64,000 bases of DNA from Chloroflexota bacterium (GCA_011523705.1 WTGC01000045.1:11508-75507), one strand, 5' to 3'; counted from the stretch's first letter, positions 18,608 through 28,525 are shown. Notes: a model not told the origin generated them from the letters alone. Numbers and translations are program-made.

Positions 18608-19483
18608 TTAAGATTTCAAAGCACCGGCGATCACGCCTCGGATGAAAGCCCGTTGCGCCAGCAAGAAGATGATCAAGGGCGGGATCATCAGCAAGGTTGC
18701 GCCCGCGGCCTGCACCGTGATGTACTGGCCGTATCCGCCGGCGGAGTTTGCCAGGACGGCCGTCAGCGGACGGAGGCTCTGATCCGGGATAATGATCAGC
18801 GAGCGCAGAAGATCATTCCATACCCACAGGAAATCCAGTGTCGCCAGCGATGCCAGCGCGGATCCGGAAAGCGGCACGACCACAAGCAGCATAATGTCAT
18901 GCGTCCTGGCGCCATCGATCTTGGCTGCCTCGATGAGTTCGCGCGGAATCTGGGCGAAGAAACTCCCCAGCAGAAAGACGCCAAAAGGCAGCGCCGACGA
19001 CACGTGGCTCATCCAGATGCCGGGATAGGTGTTGACCAAGCCCACGCCCTTCAGGATGACGAGCGTCGGGTAAAGCGTGATTTCCGGTGGGACCACCAGC
19101 AGCGCGATCATGAAGGCATAGAGCGCCCGCCGATAGGGCAGATCGGTCCATATCAACGCGAAGGCGGCGGCGGCTGACGTGACGACGACAAGAGCCGTCG
19201 TCGGAAATGTTATAAGGACGCTGCTGACAAATCCCGAATAGATTTCACCGTAGGAAAGCGCCGTCCGGTAGTTATCCAATGTGAACACGGGGTTCGTGAA
19301 TACGGTCCACCAGCCTTCACTGGTGGCGTTGGTATAGGGGCGGAATGAATTGACGACCAGCCCAATCACGGGAAGGCTCCAAAGGACAATGGCGCTGGTC
19401 AACACAACAGCAAAGATGATTTGCGGGGCATTCGTCAATCCATTCCGGTTTCCGCGGAAAGGAATTCCCCCGGTTTCAGGCAT
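18608..19483 (-). CDS. sugar ABC permease (MalG-like)
   Basis: ATG at 19483 overlaps the upstream stop (ATGCCTGA, 8-nt overlap). EAA loop IEAAKIDGARTHDIMLLVVVP. Confidence 0.85.
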   Translation of the reverse strand: MPETGGIPFRGNRNGLTNAPQIIFAVVLTSAIVLWSLPVIGLVVNSFRPYTNATSEGWWTVFTNPVFTLDNYRTALSYGEIYSGFVSSVLITFPTTALVVVTSAAAAFALIWTDLPYRRALYAFMIALLVVPPEITLYPTLVILKGVGLVNTYPGIWMSHVSSALPFGVFLLGSFFAQIPRELIEAAKIDGARTHDIMLLVVVPLSGSALASLATLDFLWVWNDLLRSLIIIPDQSLRPLTAVLANSAGGYGQYITVQAAGATLLMIPPLIIFLLAQRAFIRGVIAGALKS

Positions 19484-20381
19484 TATTTTCCTCGACTTCC
19501 GCCTCGCTGAATCGCCTGGCGATAGCGAATGCCGCAACGATAAGCACCGACAATATCACCACGATGGCGGCGCCGTACTGCGGGTTGATGGACACGAAGG
19601 TCTGCTCATAAAAAAGCAGGGCAAGCGTGCGACTCAATCCGGCCGGTCCGCCGCGGGTCATGACGAAGACCACGTCAAATACCTTCAATACTTGGACGAG
19701 CTGCGTGGTCACCAGGAAAGCCATCGGAATGCGGATGGAGGGCAGGGTGACATGCCAGAAGACGCGCCAGCCGCTGGCGCCATCGACGCGGGCGGCGTCA
19801 ACGAGATCGACCGGGACGCCTTTCAGGGCGGCGGCGATGATCACCACGGATATGCCCGTTTGAGCCCATATCCAGGCAGCCATCAGGGAGCCGTTGACCG
19901 TAACTGGATCGCCTAACCAGGATTGTTTGCCGCCGGTCATGGCATTGAGCAAGCCAACATCCGGATTGGGCGCAAATACGAATAGCCAGATGATGCCGAC
20001 GACAGTCCCCGATATGACCATGGGCAGGAAGAAAGCGCCGCGGATCAGCGACTGAAAGCGGGCACGATCTGCTGCCAGGGCGACGACGAGTCCAATCAGG
20101 ATTACGGCTGGCACAGCCACAACGATCCACTGGATACTGTTGATCAAGGCGCCTTTGGGCGGGAATCGATTGGTCTTCAGGAATTTGCTGTCGCTAAAGA
20201 GGCGTTCATAGTTTTCCAGTCCGACATAGCCGGTCATGTGGAAGCCAGGCCCCTCCGCGACGCTCAAGCGCAGCGTATAGAAGACTGGCACAACCTGAAA
20301 CAGCAAGACAAGCGCCAAGGCAGGGGCTACCAGCAATAGCCCCACCTTGGCTGATTCATTGCGAAGAAGGGATTTCTTCAC
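19476..20381 (-). CDS. sugar ABC permease (MalF-like)
   Basis: GTG start. EAA loop VDAARVDGASGWRVFWHVTLP. Confidence 0.85.
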   Translation of the reverse strand: MKKSLLRNESAKVGLLLVAPALALVLLFQVVPVFYTLRLSVAEGPGFHMTGYVGLENYERLFSDSKFLKTNRFPPKGALINSIQWIVVAVPAVILIGLVVALAADRARFQSLIRGAFFLPMVISGTVVGIIWLFVFAPNPDVGLLNAMTGGKQSWLGDPVTVNGSLMAAWIWAQTGISVVIIAAALKGVPVDLVDAARVDGASGWRVFWHVTLPSIRIPMAFLVTTQLVQVLKVFDVVFVMTRGGPAGLSRTLALLFYEQTFVSINPQYGAAIVVILSVLIVAAFAIARRFSEAEVEENNA

Positions 20382-20427
20382 AAGATTGATTCACATAGCG
20401 CGCTTGTGGTCAAGCCGAGTCACTGAT

Positions 20428-21657
20428 CTAGCCGCTGGCGACCGCCTGCAGATCGTCCAGCACCGATTCGATGCTATCCGGATCAAGTATGGCAGCGCCA
20501 ACCGCTTCTATCAGCGCGTTCACGACCTCGTTGGGCAGCGGCGAATTCACATCTGGCCCGATTGCTGATGTGGCTAAGAGCTCAGCAGTCCGAGCTGTTA
20601 GACCGCTATACAAGCTAGGATCAACATGCATATTTGCCACTGTATAACCGCTGGGCGCGAATAGCGCCTGGCCCTCGGCGCTCATCAGGAATGACATCAG
20701 ACCCGTGGTCGCCTCGCTGTCATTGAACATGACGGCAACATCGGCGGAAGCGACGATCGCGCCCTCGCCTGCTTCATCGCCGGGGAAGGCGATGTAGTCG
20801 ATCGTTTCGCCTTCAATGAGATCGGCGTTGATCGCGTTAATGGCGATGCCGCCTGCCCAACTGCCGGCGTTGACGAACTGCGCATCTGGGCTGGTGCCAA
20901 ATACCAAGGCAATGCCGTCTACCAGACCTGTTCCCAGTGCGCCTACTGCGCCACCAGCCGCGTAGTCGTCTCCGTAGAAGGTGGTGATGCGACTGAATGC
21001 TTCGGCCACGCTGGCGTCATTCCAGGGAACATCGCCCGACATCAGTCCGTTCCACATATCCAACCCATGCGTCGACAAGTAGATGCTCGAAAAAAGGATC
21101 GTCAGCGTCCAAGAGGTCTGGCCCAGCCCGGCAGTGCAACTGTTGCCTTCGGCAGCTACAGCGTCACAATGTTCGGTGAAGGCGGCCCATGATGTAGGCG
21201 GCTCGCCCACGACTTCCGGATTGAACCAGAGCACCGTCTGAACGTTGGAACGAGTCGGAATGGCGTAGATCTCACCATCAATCGTAAATTGATCGATCCA
21301 ACCGGCATCGAAGTTTTCCGTAATGGCGTCGCTCATGGAATTGAGTGAAACCAAGGCCCCTTGCGCAGCCAATTCTTTCAAGCCTTGGGCCACTGGCAAT
21401 ATCGCTAAGTCAGGTGGGGAACCAGCCGCGACTCTGGTGGTCAATGCCGCCAAGATTTGGTCGGTACCTTCGTATTCGATAGCTATGCCTGTGCTTTCGC
21501 GGAATCCGTCAAGCACCGCTTCAAAAGCATCCGCCTCCGAAGCGAGCCACGGCCCCATGACCTGCAAGGCGTCTGATTGGGCGGTGACGCTGGTCATGCC
21601 GAGCGGCAAAAGTAAAGCAATTGCGGCAAAGATAAAGAGTAGTCTAGTGTGTTTCAT
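20428..21657 (-). CDS. family-1 sugar ABC substrate-binding protein
   Basis: Signal peptide MKHTRLLFIFAAIALLLPLGMTSVTAQS and a GGAGAG RBS. It heads the GH3-linked transporter operon. Confidence 0.85.
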   Translation of the reverse strand: MKHTRLLFIFAAIALLLPLGMTSVTAQSDALQVMGPWLASEADAFEAVLDGFRESTGIAIEYEGTDQILAALTTRVAAGSPPDLAILPVAQGLKELAAQGALVSLNSMSDAITENFDAGWIDQFTIDGEIYAIPTRSNVQTVLWFNPEVVGEPPTSWAAFTEHCDAVAAEGNSCTAGLGQTSWTLTILFSSIYLSTHGLDMWNGLMSGDVPWNDASVAEAFSRITTFYGDDYAAGGAVGALGTGLVDGIALVFGTSPDAQFVNAGSWAGGIAINAINADLIEGETIDYIAFPGDEAGEGAIVASADVAVMFNDSEATTGLMSFLMSAEGQALFAPSGYTVANMHVDPSLYSGLTARTAELLATSAIGPDVNSPLPNEVVNALIEAVGAAILDPDSIESVLDDLQAVASG

Positions 21658-21999
21658 GATCGCTCTCCAATTTCTTCATAAGCTAGTTTTACGATACTAA
21701 TTTGGACGGGGAGGCGATTGCGTATCCCTCACGTTTTCCTTTCTCCAACCGATGACAGATCAGATAGGCCCGTTATCCCGCGGGCGTCCATCGCAGATAC
21801 AAACTATGAACTCATAATAAAGCCAGTCGCGGGCTGCTCATCACCTTGGCCGGGATTTCGCATTTGGACGGCTAAAACTGATCCTTTGCCGAAATCACCG
21901 CTTGACTTAAGGGCTCTTTGTGCGCTTGTGTGGATTTACTTCGTGGCTTTTGGAGTCCGTCCGTACCCTGCGCCTCCTGCATTTTCATTGTAGCGCACT

Positions 22000-22327
22000 T
22001 TAGCCGCTGACGCACAAGGTCGCTGCTCGCCTATGCCCCCGTATCTGTATATTGCCCGGCACAACATCACAGCCGTCATTGGGCGCGTTGCAAATGAAAT
22101 GGCGCAGGGGGCCTTCGCCGTGAGTCAGCAGCGTGTATATGCGGGCGCCGCTGTCAGCGAGGATTTCATCATTGAAGCCGACGCCGGTGGTCAGGTCGCA
22201 CTGGCCGTCCCAGGTCGAAGACAAGCACCTTCAGGCCCAATCTGGCGAGCGCGCCCGCTAGGTTAATGGTGATCGGCGTTTTGGCCGAGCCGACTTTCTG
22301 ATTCAGAATTGCCACGGCTGTTGACAT
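22000..22327 (-). pseudogene. ParA/Soj-like ATPase remnant (frameshifted, truncated, degenerate Walker A)
   Basis: ATG at 22327 gives MSTAVAILNQKVGSAKTPITINLAGALARLGLKVLVFDL, whereas the family has KGGVGKTT. One extra G in the GGG run (22209-22211) shifts into track ORF 22000-22224 (DGQCDLTTGVGF...IYTLL...GCDVVPGNI). The sequence ends after about 110 aa. Confidence 0.6.
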
Positions 22328-22750
22328 CGGCAACGAATCACTTGCGCATTCACTTGCAGTGTATGTATTTTCGATTCATTAAGAGGCGCAATTCACACAA
22401 TGTTGCTGTTGCGAGCAGAGCGTGTCGCCCGCATCGCTGTCATTGTGCGTGTGGCTGAATGAATTGGCGCCCTGTCCGACATCATCGGGCGCTCCAGCAG
22501 CGAACAGAGTGGCCAGCTCCCGCAGATTCATCACGCGCCAGCGGTCGTCGCCGACAGCTTGTCGCGAACGTCGCGCCGGGCTTATGACTGTATATATCGC
22601 GCCATGCGCGAACGCGCCTTTCTCGGCCAGATCTTAGTCGCTCTGCGAGGTAAAAGTCATTGTCACATCCGGTCGTCTATCAAGTCCGAATAGATGTTGA
22701 CAATATCGTTTCTTGAAAAGAGCGAAGTCAGCAATTGTCCATCTTTCTGG

Positions 22751-24577
22751 CTACGAGTTGCTTTCGATAGCCAGTTGCAGCTCTTGATGGTTCCGCGCAT
22801 ATGCTTCCAGAGATTGTCCCGAAGCGACGGCGTCCCATGCCTGCCGCAGGCTGGCCGCGCCGCCTTTTGGCCCAATCGGATGCGCAAACACCGCGCGTCC
22901 AGGGACGATTCCGAAATCAATAGTCTTCAGCCGCTCATACAGCATGGCTGTAGACGCCGCCCACTGGCTCCCCGCTGGGACAGGCAGAACCGGCTTGATA
23001 TGCCCCCAGGGCTTCAGGCATTCCTGCACGCTCTGCAGTACCTCCTCATCCGGGGTCTTCATCCGAGCGCCAAATCCGGGGAAAATGATGACGTCAAATC
23101 CTGCCAATCGCTGCAATTTGGTCATCACCTTTGTGTGCACGCCAAAATAAGAAATGTGCGTAAGTGGAGCAATGAAATCAAAATGCGCTACCAAAGGCGC
23201 GCGCGTATGCTTGCGTAACATTCTGATGGCGCTTAATCCCGTTGTCATGCCATTGATCATCAGCGCATTTGCCCCGCGCTCAACCGCTACATCGTGCAAG
23301 CGAATCAACTGATCCACCTCATCGGTGATATTTGCCAAGTAGACTTTCTTTTCACCCGTGATTTCTTCTGCCTTCAAGCGCGCCTTTCCCGCTTTCTCTG
23401 CTCTTTCCCGTAGCGGCGACCAGGGCACATCGCTTAGCATCTCATCGTCTTTGGCGATATCGAGGCCGCCCAACCAGCTCTGAAAGGCAAGCTCAGCAAA
23501 ATCATCCGGTGATAGCCCGATGTTGGGCTTAACCACGCCAAAGAATATCGGGCGGTCATAGACTTCCAACATGTCGCGCAAGCCTTGAATGCCAAATTTA
23601 GGACCCTCAAAGTGCTGTAAGAAACTCGCTGGGAACTCAATGTCCATCAGCTTGATCGCGGCAATGCCAGGCGAGTAAAAGGCGCCTTCACCGAGAGCCG
23701 CCGTCAAGATATTTGGGATTCTGGGGCCGAAATTGCCATGCGGGTGCGCGATGCTCACCCGACACTGGTATGTCTTGGCAGCCTCAATTGACGGTAGCGG
23801 ATAGCTTGGCCGATCTAAATTGCCAGTGACCTCCAAATCAATCACTTTGGCGCCAAATTGGTCACGCAGATCTTCATCAACGCCGACCCGTCTCCATTGC
23901 GCGGTGGACTGTTCCTGACAGAGATGTGCTGCCGCCTCTTCTGGGTCTATGACCGACTCGAAGTAATAGTCAAGAACGATGTAGTCTTCCACATTTAGAC
24001 TTGCCCGATCGGCAAAGAATCCTGTGTCGCTGTGCGCTTCGCCTTCGTTTCCAGTATTGCCGCCTCTGTCGGAGCCAGATAACGCAATGTCGGTGTCAGG
24101 ATTGCGTGCTCTTGCGTGTGTTTGGTATTTGGCGTCAATCTCGACCATTCGCTGGACTTTGGGGCCGGAGCGACTGCTCGGATCAAACTCCGACTCCATC
24201 CAGACTTTGGTGACGGCCTTGGCTAATTCGGGGCCGATCACGCGTGAGCCCATCGTCAAAACCTGAGCGTTATTGCTCTTGCGAGCGCGCTCAGCCGAGT
24301 AGGTGTCGTGGCAAGTGGCGGCCCGGATGCCCGGGACTTTGGAAGCGGTCATGGCCATGCCCAAGCCCGTGCCGCACATAAGGATGCCACGGTCAAAGTC
24401 TTCTTCGGCCACCGCCCGCGCCACCCGCTCGGCTACATCCGGGTAGTATTCCGTATCATCGGCATTGGGCACGCCAAAATCGATCACTTCAATGTCGGCA
24501 TATTCTTGCATCAGCAGTTCAGCTATCACCGCCTTCAGCGGAAAGCCGGCGTCATCACACCCAATAGCAACTTTCAT
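22751..24577 (-). CDS. fusion protein: RpiB/LacAB-family sugar-phosphate isomerase + RuBisCO-like protein (form IV large-subunit homolog)
   Basis: ATG at 24577 follows GAGGAG. The N-terminal 150 aa read MKVAIGCDDAGF...ILMCGTGLGMAMTASK (RpiB Cys motif). After a roughly 45-aa linker comes an RLP domain with EQSTAQW, VVKPNIGLS and GGLDIAKDDE (23441-23470). These correspond to RuBisCO motifs around the catalytic Lys and the carbamylated Lys-Asp-Glu metal site. It is one uninterrupted frame. Confidence 0.85.
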   Translation of the reverse strand: MKVAIGCDDAGFPLKAVIAELLMQEYADIEVIDFGVPNADDTEYYPDVAERVARAVAEEDFDRGILMCGTGLGMAMTASKVPGIRAATCHDTYSAERARKSNNAQVLTMGSRVIGPELAKAVTKVWMESEFDPSSRSGPKVQRMVEIDAKYQTHARARNPDTDIALSGSDRGGNTGNEGEAHSDTGFFADRASLNVEDYIVLDYYFESVIDPEEAAAHLCQEQSTAQWRRVGVDEDLRDQFGAKVIDLEVTGNLDRPSYPLPSIEAAKTYQCRVSIAHPHGNFGPRIPNILTAALGEGAFYSPGIAAIKLMDIEFPASFLQHFEGPKFGIQGLRDMLEVYDRPIFFGVVKPNIGLSPDDFAELAFQSWLGGLDIAKDDEMLSDVPWSPLRERAEKAGKARLKAEEITGEKKVYLANITDEVDQLIRLHDVAVERGANALMINGMTTGLSAIRMLRKHTRAPLVAHFDFIAPLTHISYFGVHTKVMTKLQRLAGFDVIIFPGFGARMKTPDEEVLQSVQECLKPWGHIKPVLPVPAGSQWAASTAMLYERLKTIDFGIVPGRAVFAHPIGPKGGAASLRQAWDAVASGQSLEAYARNHQELQLAIESNS

Positions 24578-24667
24578 GATTGTTCTCCTCGCGCTCAGAT
24601 AGCAGCGGACGTGCCGGCTGAAAGGGATTCTGCAACTGGCGAAAACTCCAAGCTTGAGCCATTCAAC

Positions 24668-24771
24668 TTGACACCGACACCCAAAGCCGATATGCTTTTG
24701 CACATACGAGCATAGCATACTCACAAGTGCAAAATCAACGTGACCTTGTCAGTTGCAGCTAGCGACAAGGT
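24668..24771 (+). promoter_or_regulatory. promoter plus two inverted repeats in the divergent control region
   Basis: TTGACA (24668-24673), 17-nt spacer, TATGCT (24691-24696). IR1 is TTTTGCAC-N23-GTGCAAAA (24696-24734) and starts at the -10 box. IR2 is ACCTTGTC-N13-GACAAGGT (24743-24771). Both have perfect 8-bp arms. Confidence 0.4.
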
Positions 24772-24857
24772 ATCAATGATATCTGGCTGTGCTATGCGCG
24801 TTCGAGGCAGTTTTGAGCGCATGTTCTGGCAAGTTCAAGGGCTGAGGCGGGCTTTTA

Positions 24858-25667
24858 ATGAAGTCATGCATAAATGGGGCGACGACTATGCCCTATTCTT
24901 TGGAAGAGGATGTAGCCGCAGCTGCACAGGCGGGATTCGAAGGTTTGGAAATCTGGTGGGATAAACTCGCCATTTATCTCGAGAAGCAGTCTATCGACGA
25001 CTTGAAACAACTGCTTGGGAGCAGCAGTCTGATTCCCGTGAGCATCTGCCCACTCAGAATTTGGCCCTTTCGTGACAGTGCGCCGGCGCGCCAGGAGTTT
25101 CGTGACGCGGTTCGAATTGCCCCTCAGATCGGCTGCGATCTGCTCGCTGTCTGTCCTGACTTTCAGCCAGCGCGCTTGACCCGAGAGGAAGCGCTCGCTA
25201 TCCACGCGCGGGAACTGTCGGACATGGCTGCGCTCGCAGCCGAGAATGGAATCCGCTTGACTGTAGAGCCGATAGGCGGGCATACGCTTGTGCCCGGACC
25301 AACCGAAGCCTTGCAGTTGATCGACATGGCCGGCGCGCCCGCCAATGTTGGCATACTGATGGACACCTTCCACTACTTCCGCTCCGGGGTTTCGGACCAG
25401 GAGATACAAGCCATCCCCTTGGACAAGTTGGATATCGTCCACGTCAATGACTGTGAAGATGGCGCGCTCAACGAGTTGACGGATGCGCAGCGCCTCTACC
25501 CGATGCGCGGCGTCATACCCACTCGCCAGCTGTCTTTGCTGAAGGATATGGGCTATGACGGTTTTCTCTCGGTGGAGATTTTCCGCCCCGAGTATTGGGA
25601 GCAGCCGATTGATGAGATTGCTGGCATGGCCTATTCGACGCTTGGCGAACTGATAGCGAGTCTCTAG
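24858..25667 (+). CDS. sugar-phosphate isomerase/epimerase (xylose-isomerase-like TIM barrel)
   Basis: Contains AGFEGLEIW, LTVEP, DTFHYF and FLSVEIF blocks, typical of the AP-endonuclease-2 / xylose-isomerase-like barrel family. Confidence 0.8.
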   Translation: MKSCINGATTMPYSLEEDVAAAAQAGFEGLEIWWDKLAIYLEKQSIDDLKQLLGSSSLIPVSICPLRIWPFRDSAPARQEFRDAVRIAPQIGCDLLAVCPDFQPARLTREEALAIHARELSDMAALAAENGIRLTVEPIGGHTLVPGPTEALQLIDMAGAPANVGILMDTFHYFRSGVSDQEIQAIPLDKLDIVHVNDCEDGALNELTDAQRLYPMRGVIPTRQLSLLKDMGYDGFLSVEIFRPEYWEQPIDEIAGMAYSTLGELIASL

Positions 25668-25743
25668 CGTAGCCCATGCATAAAATGGGCAATTGCAGGT
25701 CGACAAGCGCAATGACACGCATCCAACAGGAGGAGGTAAAGCA

Positions 25744-26667
25744 ATGTATCTAGGCGCAACAACTTGGACCTTTAGCTGGGCGCCGCCTTATGACGAAGCC
25801 CTCAAAACCATCGCCAAGCTGGGCTTTAAGGGCGCGGAACTGACAATTTGGAGCGAAGAGTTTCTGCAGGAATACTACACGGCAGAGACGAATAAACACT
25901 TGCGAAATCTAATGGCGGATTTGGGTCTGGTTCTAGCCAGCGTATTCTGTATCCCGGTAGGAATCGGAAGTGCGGAGCCGGAACAGCGGGCTGACGCTGT
26001 TGAACAACTCAAGCGCGTATTGGACGCGGCCGAGCAACTCGGCACAGACAAAATTATCGCGCTCCCGCCCAATCCATTTGACATTGATATTCCGGTGCTG
26101 CTGGGCAAAGCAACCGCACAGGAATGGAGCGTCGAATTCCCGGAAGGTCTGGATTGGGAACAAAATTGGGCTGACATGATCGATGTAATGCGGCAATTTG
26201 CTGAAGCTTGCGAAGAAAGAGAGATGCGAGTTGCATTGGAACCGCATCCGCACCGCATGATGCACAATGCCGCTGGCATGCTGCGAATTATCGACCAGAT
26301 TGAGTCCAAAGCGATCGGACTTAATCTGGATCCCAGCCATCTCTTCCCAATGGGAGAGCTGCCCAACATGGTCGCGTATGAAGTTGGCGACCGAATTTTT
26401 CACACCCATATCTCTGACAACGACGGACAGACAAACGCTCATTGGCGGCCGGGCAAAGGCAAGGTTGATTGGCGCGCATTTCTCATCGCCCTCAAGAATA
26501 TAGGATACGATGGTCCCCTTTCTCTCGAGTTAGAAGATGTGCCGGGCGCCGCCGGCTATCCCGGATTCAACCGCTCGCCGGAGTCCACGCCGGAGATCGA
26601 GCGGCAACACATCCTGGCCAAGGACTACATGACCCGACTCTGCGATGAAGTAGGAATTGAGCTGTGA
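25744..26667 (+). CDS. sugar-phosphate isomerase/epimerase (xylose-isomerase-like TIM barrel), second copy
   Basis: ATG at 25744 follows AGGAGGAGG. Contains LGFKGAELT, VALEPHP, DPSHLF, HISDN and PLSLELED blocks. Confidence 0.8.
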   Translation: MYLGATTWTFSWAPPYDEALKTIAKLGFKGAELTIWSEEFLQEYYTAETNKHLRNLMADLGLVLASVFCIPVGIGSAEPEQRADAVEQLKRVLDAAEQLGTDKIIALPPNPFDIDIPVLLGKATAQEWSVEFPEGLDWEQNWADMIDVMRQFAEACEEREMRVALEPHPHRMMHNAAGMLRIIDQIESKAIGLNLDPSHLFPMGELPNMVAYEVGDRIFHTHISDNDGQTNAHWRPGKGKVDWRAFLIALKNIGYDGPLSLELEDVPGAAGYPGFNRSPESTPEIERQHILAKDYMTRLCDEVGIEL

Positions 26668-26722
26668 TATCAGCGACGCCAGCGGAACTTCATCGACCCA
26701 AGATAGCGACCGGTACAAGTCA

Positions 26723-27763
26723 ATGAGTTTGCCAAAGCGTTCACATTTGCTGCGCAGCTGCTATCTGTTTTATCACGAGAATATGACGATGCAGGAAATT
26801 GCGAAACAGTTGCAAATCTCGCGTTTCAAAGTATCGCGCTACATCAAGGAAGCCGTTGAAAAGGGCATCGTTCAGGTCCACTTCCATGATTCAAACATCG
26901 AGCACGAGAAACTAGCCCTTCAACTTGAACGAACATTCCCGATCAAGCTGGCACTAGTCGTACCGACGCCCTATAGGTCTGATATCAGCGCCGTAAGGCT
27001 GGCAGTAGGGCAGGCTGGGGCCAGTTTATTGGCGGACATCACGCCGGAATCCTCTCTGAGCATAACTTGGGGACGCACCATTGCGCACTTGGTTGACAAC
27101 CTTCCAAGCGACCAGTTGAAGGCGCAGCGTGTGGTCGATCTCGCTGGCGGGTTCGGACAAGTTACCGACGAAATCTCGGCGCGCGCCGTCACTTTGCAGA
27201 TCGCAAGAAAATTGAATGCTGAATGCTTCCAGCTTCCTGCGCCAACCATCGTTGAAAACATCGCGACGGCACACGCATTATCTAAAGAACCGATCATTCG
27301 CAACACGCTGGAAATAGCGTCAGAGTCTGACGTCGCCATCATGGGCGTCGGACCAACCGATGTTGACTCGCTTCTCTATCGCTCCGGTTATGTGTCTGAG
27401 CGTGACTTTGCGACCTTGAAAGCGAACCATGCGGTCGGTTCGATCTTTGGCAGATTCTATGATTTGAATGGCAGGGAATGCGATACTGAGTTCCGAGAAC
27501 GCGCCATTGCCCTTACCTTTGACGACTTGCGAAAAATCCCCGAGCGCATTGCGCTAACCATGGGCGCGCACAGAATCCAAGCCATCCTGGGACTCATGTA
27601 TGGCGAACTGATTACGACGCTTGTTACCGATAGTGACACGGCGACAGCCGTATTGGAAGAGCACTTTGCTCTGCAGGGAAGACGCTCGAAAAACGCTAAG
27701 ACTGAGTCCGGGAACATTGAAGAGCGAGATCAATCGAGCCTCCTGCGGCCTGAAAAAGTGTAG
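26723..27763 (+). CDS. SorC/DeoR-type sugar-binding transcriptional regulator
   Basis: N-terminal HTH MTMQEIAKQLQISRFKVSRYIKEAVEKGIV followed by a sugar-binding domain (ITWGRT...DLAGG...IMGVG). I chose ATG 26723. Confidence 0.8.
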   Translation: MSLPKRSHLLRSCYLFYHENMTMQEIAKQLQISRFKVSRYIKEAVEKGIVQVHFHDSNIEHEKLALQLERTFPIKLALVVPTPYRSDISAVRLAVGQAGASLLADITPESSLSITWGRTIAHLVDNLPSDQLKAQRVVDLAGGFGQVTDEISARAVTLQIARKLNAECFQLPAPTIVENIATAHALSKEPIIRNTLEIASESDVAIMGVGPTDVDSLLYRSGYVSERDFATLKANHAVGSIFGRFYDLNGRECDTEFRERAIALTFDDLRKIPERIALTMGAHRIQAILGLMYGELITTLVTDSDTATAVLEEHFALQGRRSKNAKTESGNIEERDQSSLLRPEKV

Positions 27764-27769
27764 GCAAAC

Positions 27770-28525
27770 ATGACTCATTACACCATTCGTCTGATAAACA
27801 CTGGTTTTCAGGAGTTGGACAAAGCCCAGTACGCCACTTTTAGAAAAGGCGCCGGACATATCATTGAACATCCCGTTTTCGCCTTTCTGGTAGAGGGCGG
27901 CGGACGCAGGATTCTGGTGGACACGGGCATGAGCGACACGCAGCGGTCTGTGACCTACCACCATGCGGGTCGGCAGGAACCCGGCCAGGCTATACATGAA
28001 CAGCTGAGTAAGCTGGGCATTGGTACTGACGACATCGATACGATCATCTTCACCCATCTTCACTGGGACCATTGCTACAACGTCAAGCAGTTTTCCAAAG
28101 CCAGGCTGGTGGTTAGCGCCGTAGAGTACGAATTTGCGCTCAATCCGATACCCCCGTACTGGACCACGTATGAACATCCCAATTGCGGACTCGAGCCACC
28201 CTGGCTGGGTTGTGAATTCGATTTGGCGAAAGGTGAAGAAGAGGTCGTTCCCGGCATCAGCGTCTTTCCGACGCCTGGGCATAGCCCGGGTCATCAAGCG
28301 GTCTCTGTTCAGACTGAAGCCGGCGCCTGTGTTTTGGCGGGCGATCTGTTCTTTGTTCGCGAAAACTTCGCGCCTGATGTCGAGCGCGGCTGGCCGCTAA
28401 CACCAATTGGTCGCTTCGCCAGCTTTGTCGACCTGTGGCACAGCATGGAAACGGCGATTGAGCGGGCCGATCACATTTTGTTGACACATGATCCGTCCCA
28501 ACTTGACGGGCAAATCTTCCCCTAG
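27770..28525 (+). CDS. metallo-beta-lactamase-fold hydrolase (lactonase-like)
   Basis: Contains THLHWDH (the HxHxDH zinc motif) and PTPGHSPGH. Size and layout resemble the AHL/sugar-lactonase subgroup. Confidence 0.75.
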   Translation: MTHYTIRLINTGFQELDKAQYATFRKGAGHIIEHPVFAFLVEGGGRRILVDTGMSDTQRSVTYHHAGRQEPGQAIHEQLSKLGIGTDDIDTIIFTHLHWDHCYNVKQFSKARLVVSAVEYEFALNPIPPYWTTYEHPNCGLEPPWLGCEFDLAKGEEEVVPGISVFPTPGHSPGHQAVSVQTEAGACVLAGDLFFVRENFAPDVERGWPLTPIGRFASFVDLWHSMETAIERADHILLTHDPSQLDGQIFP

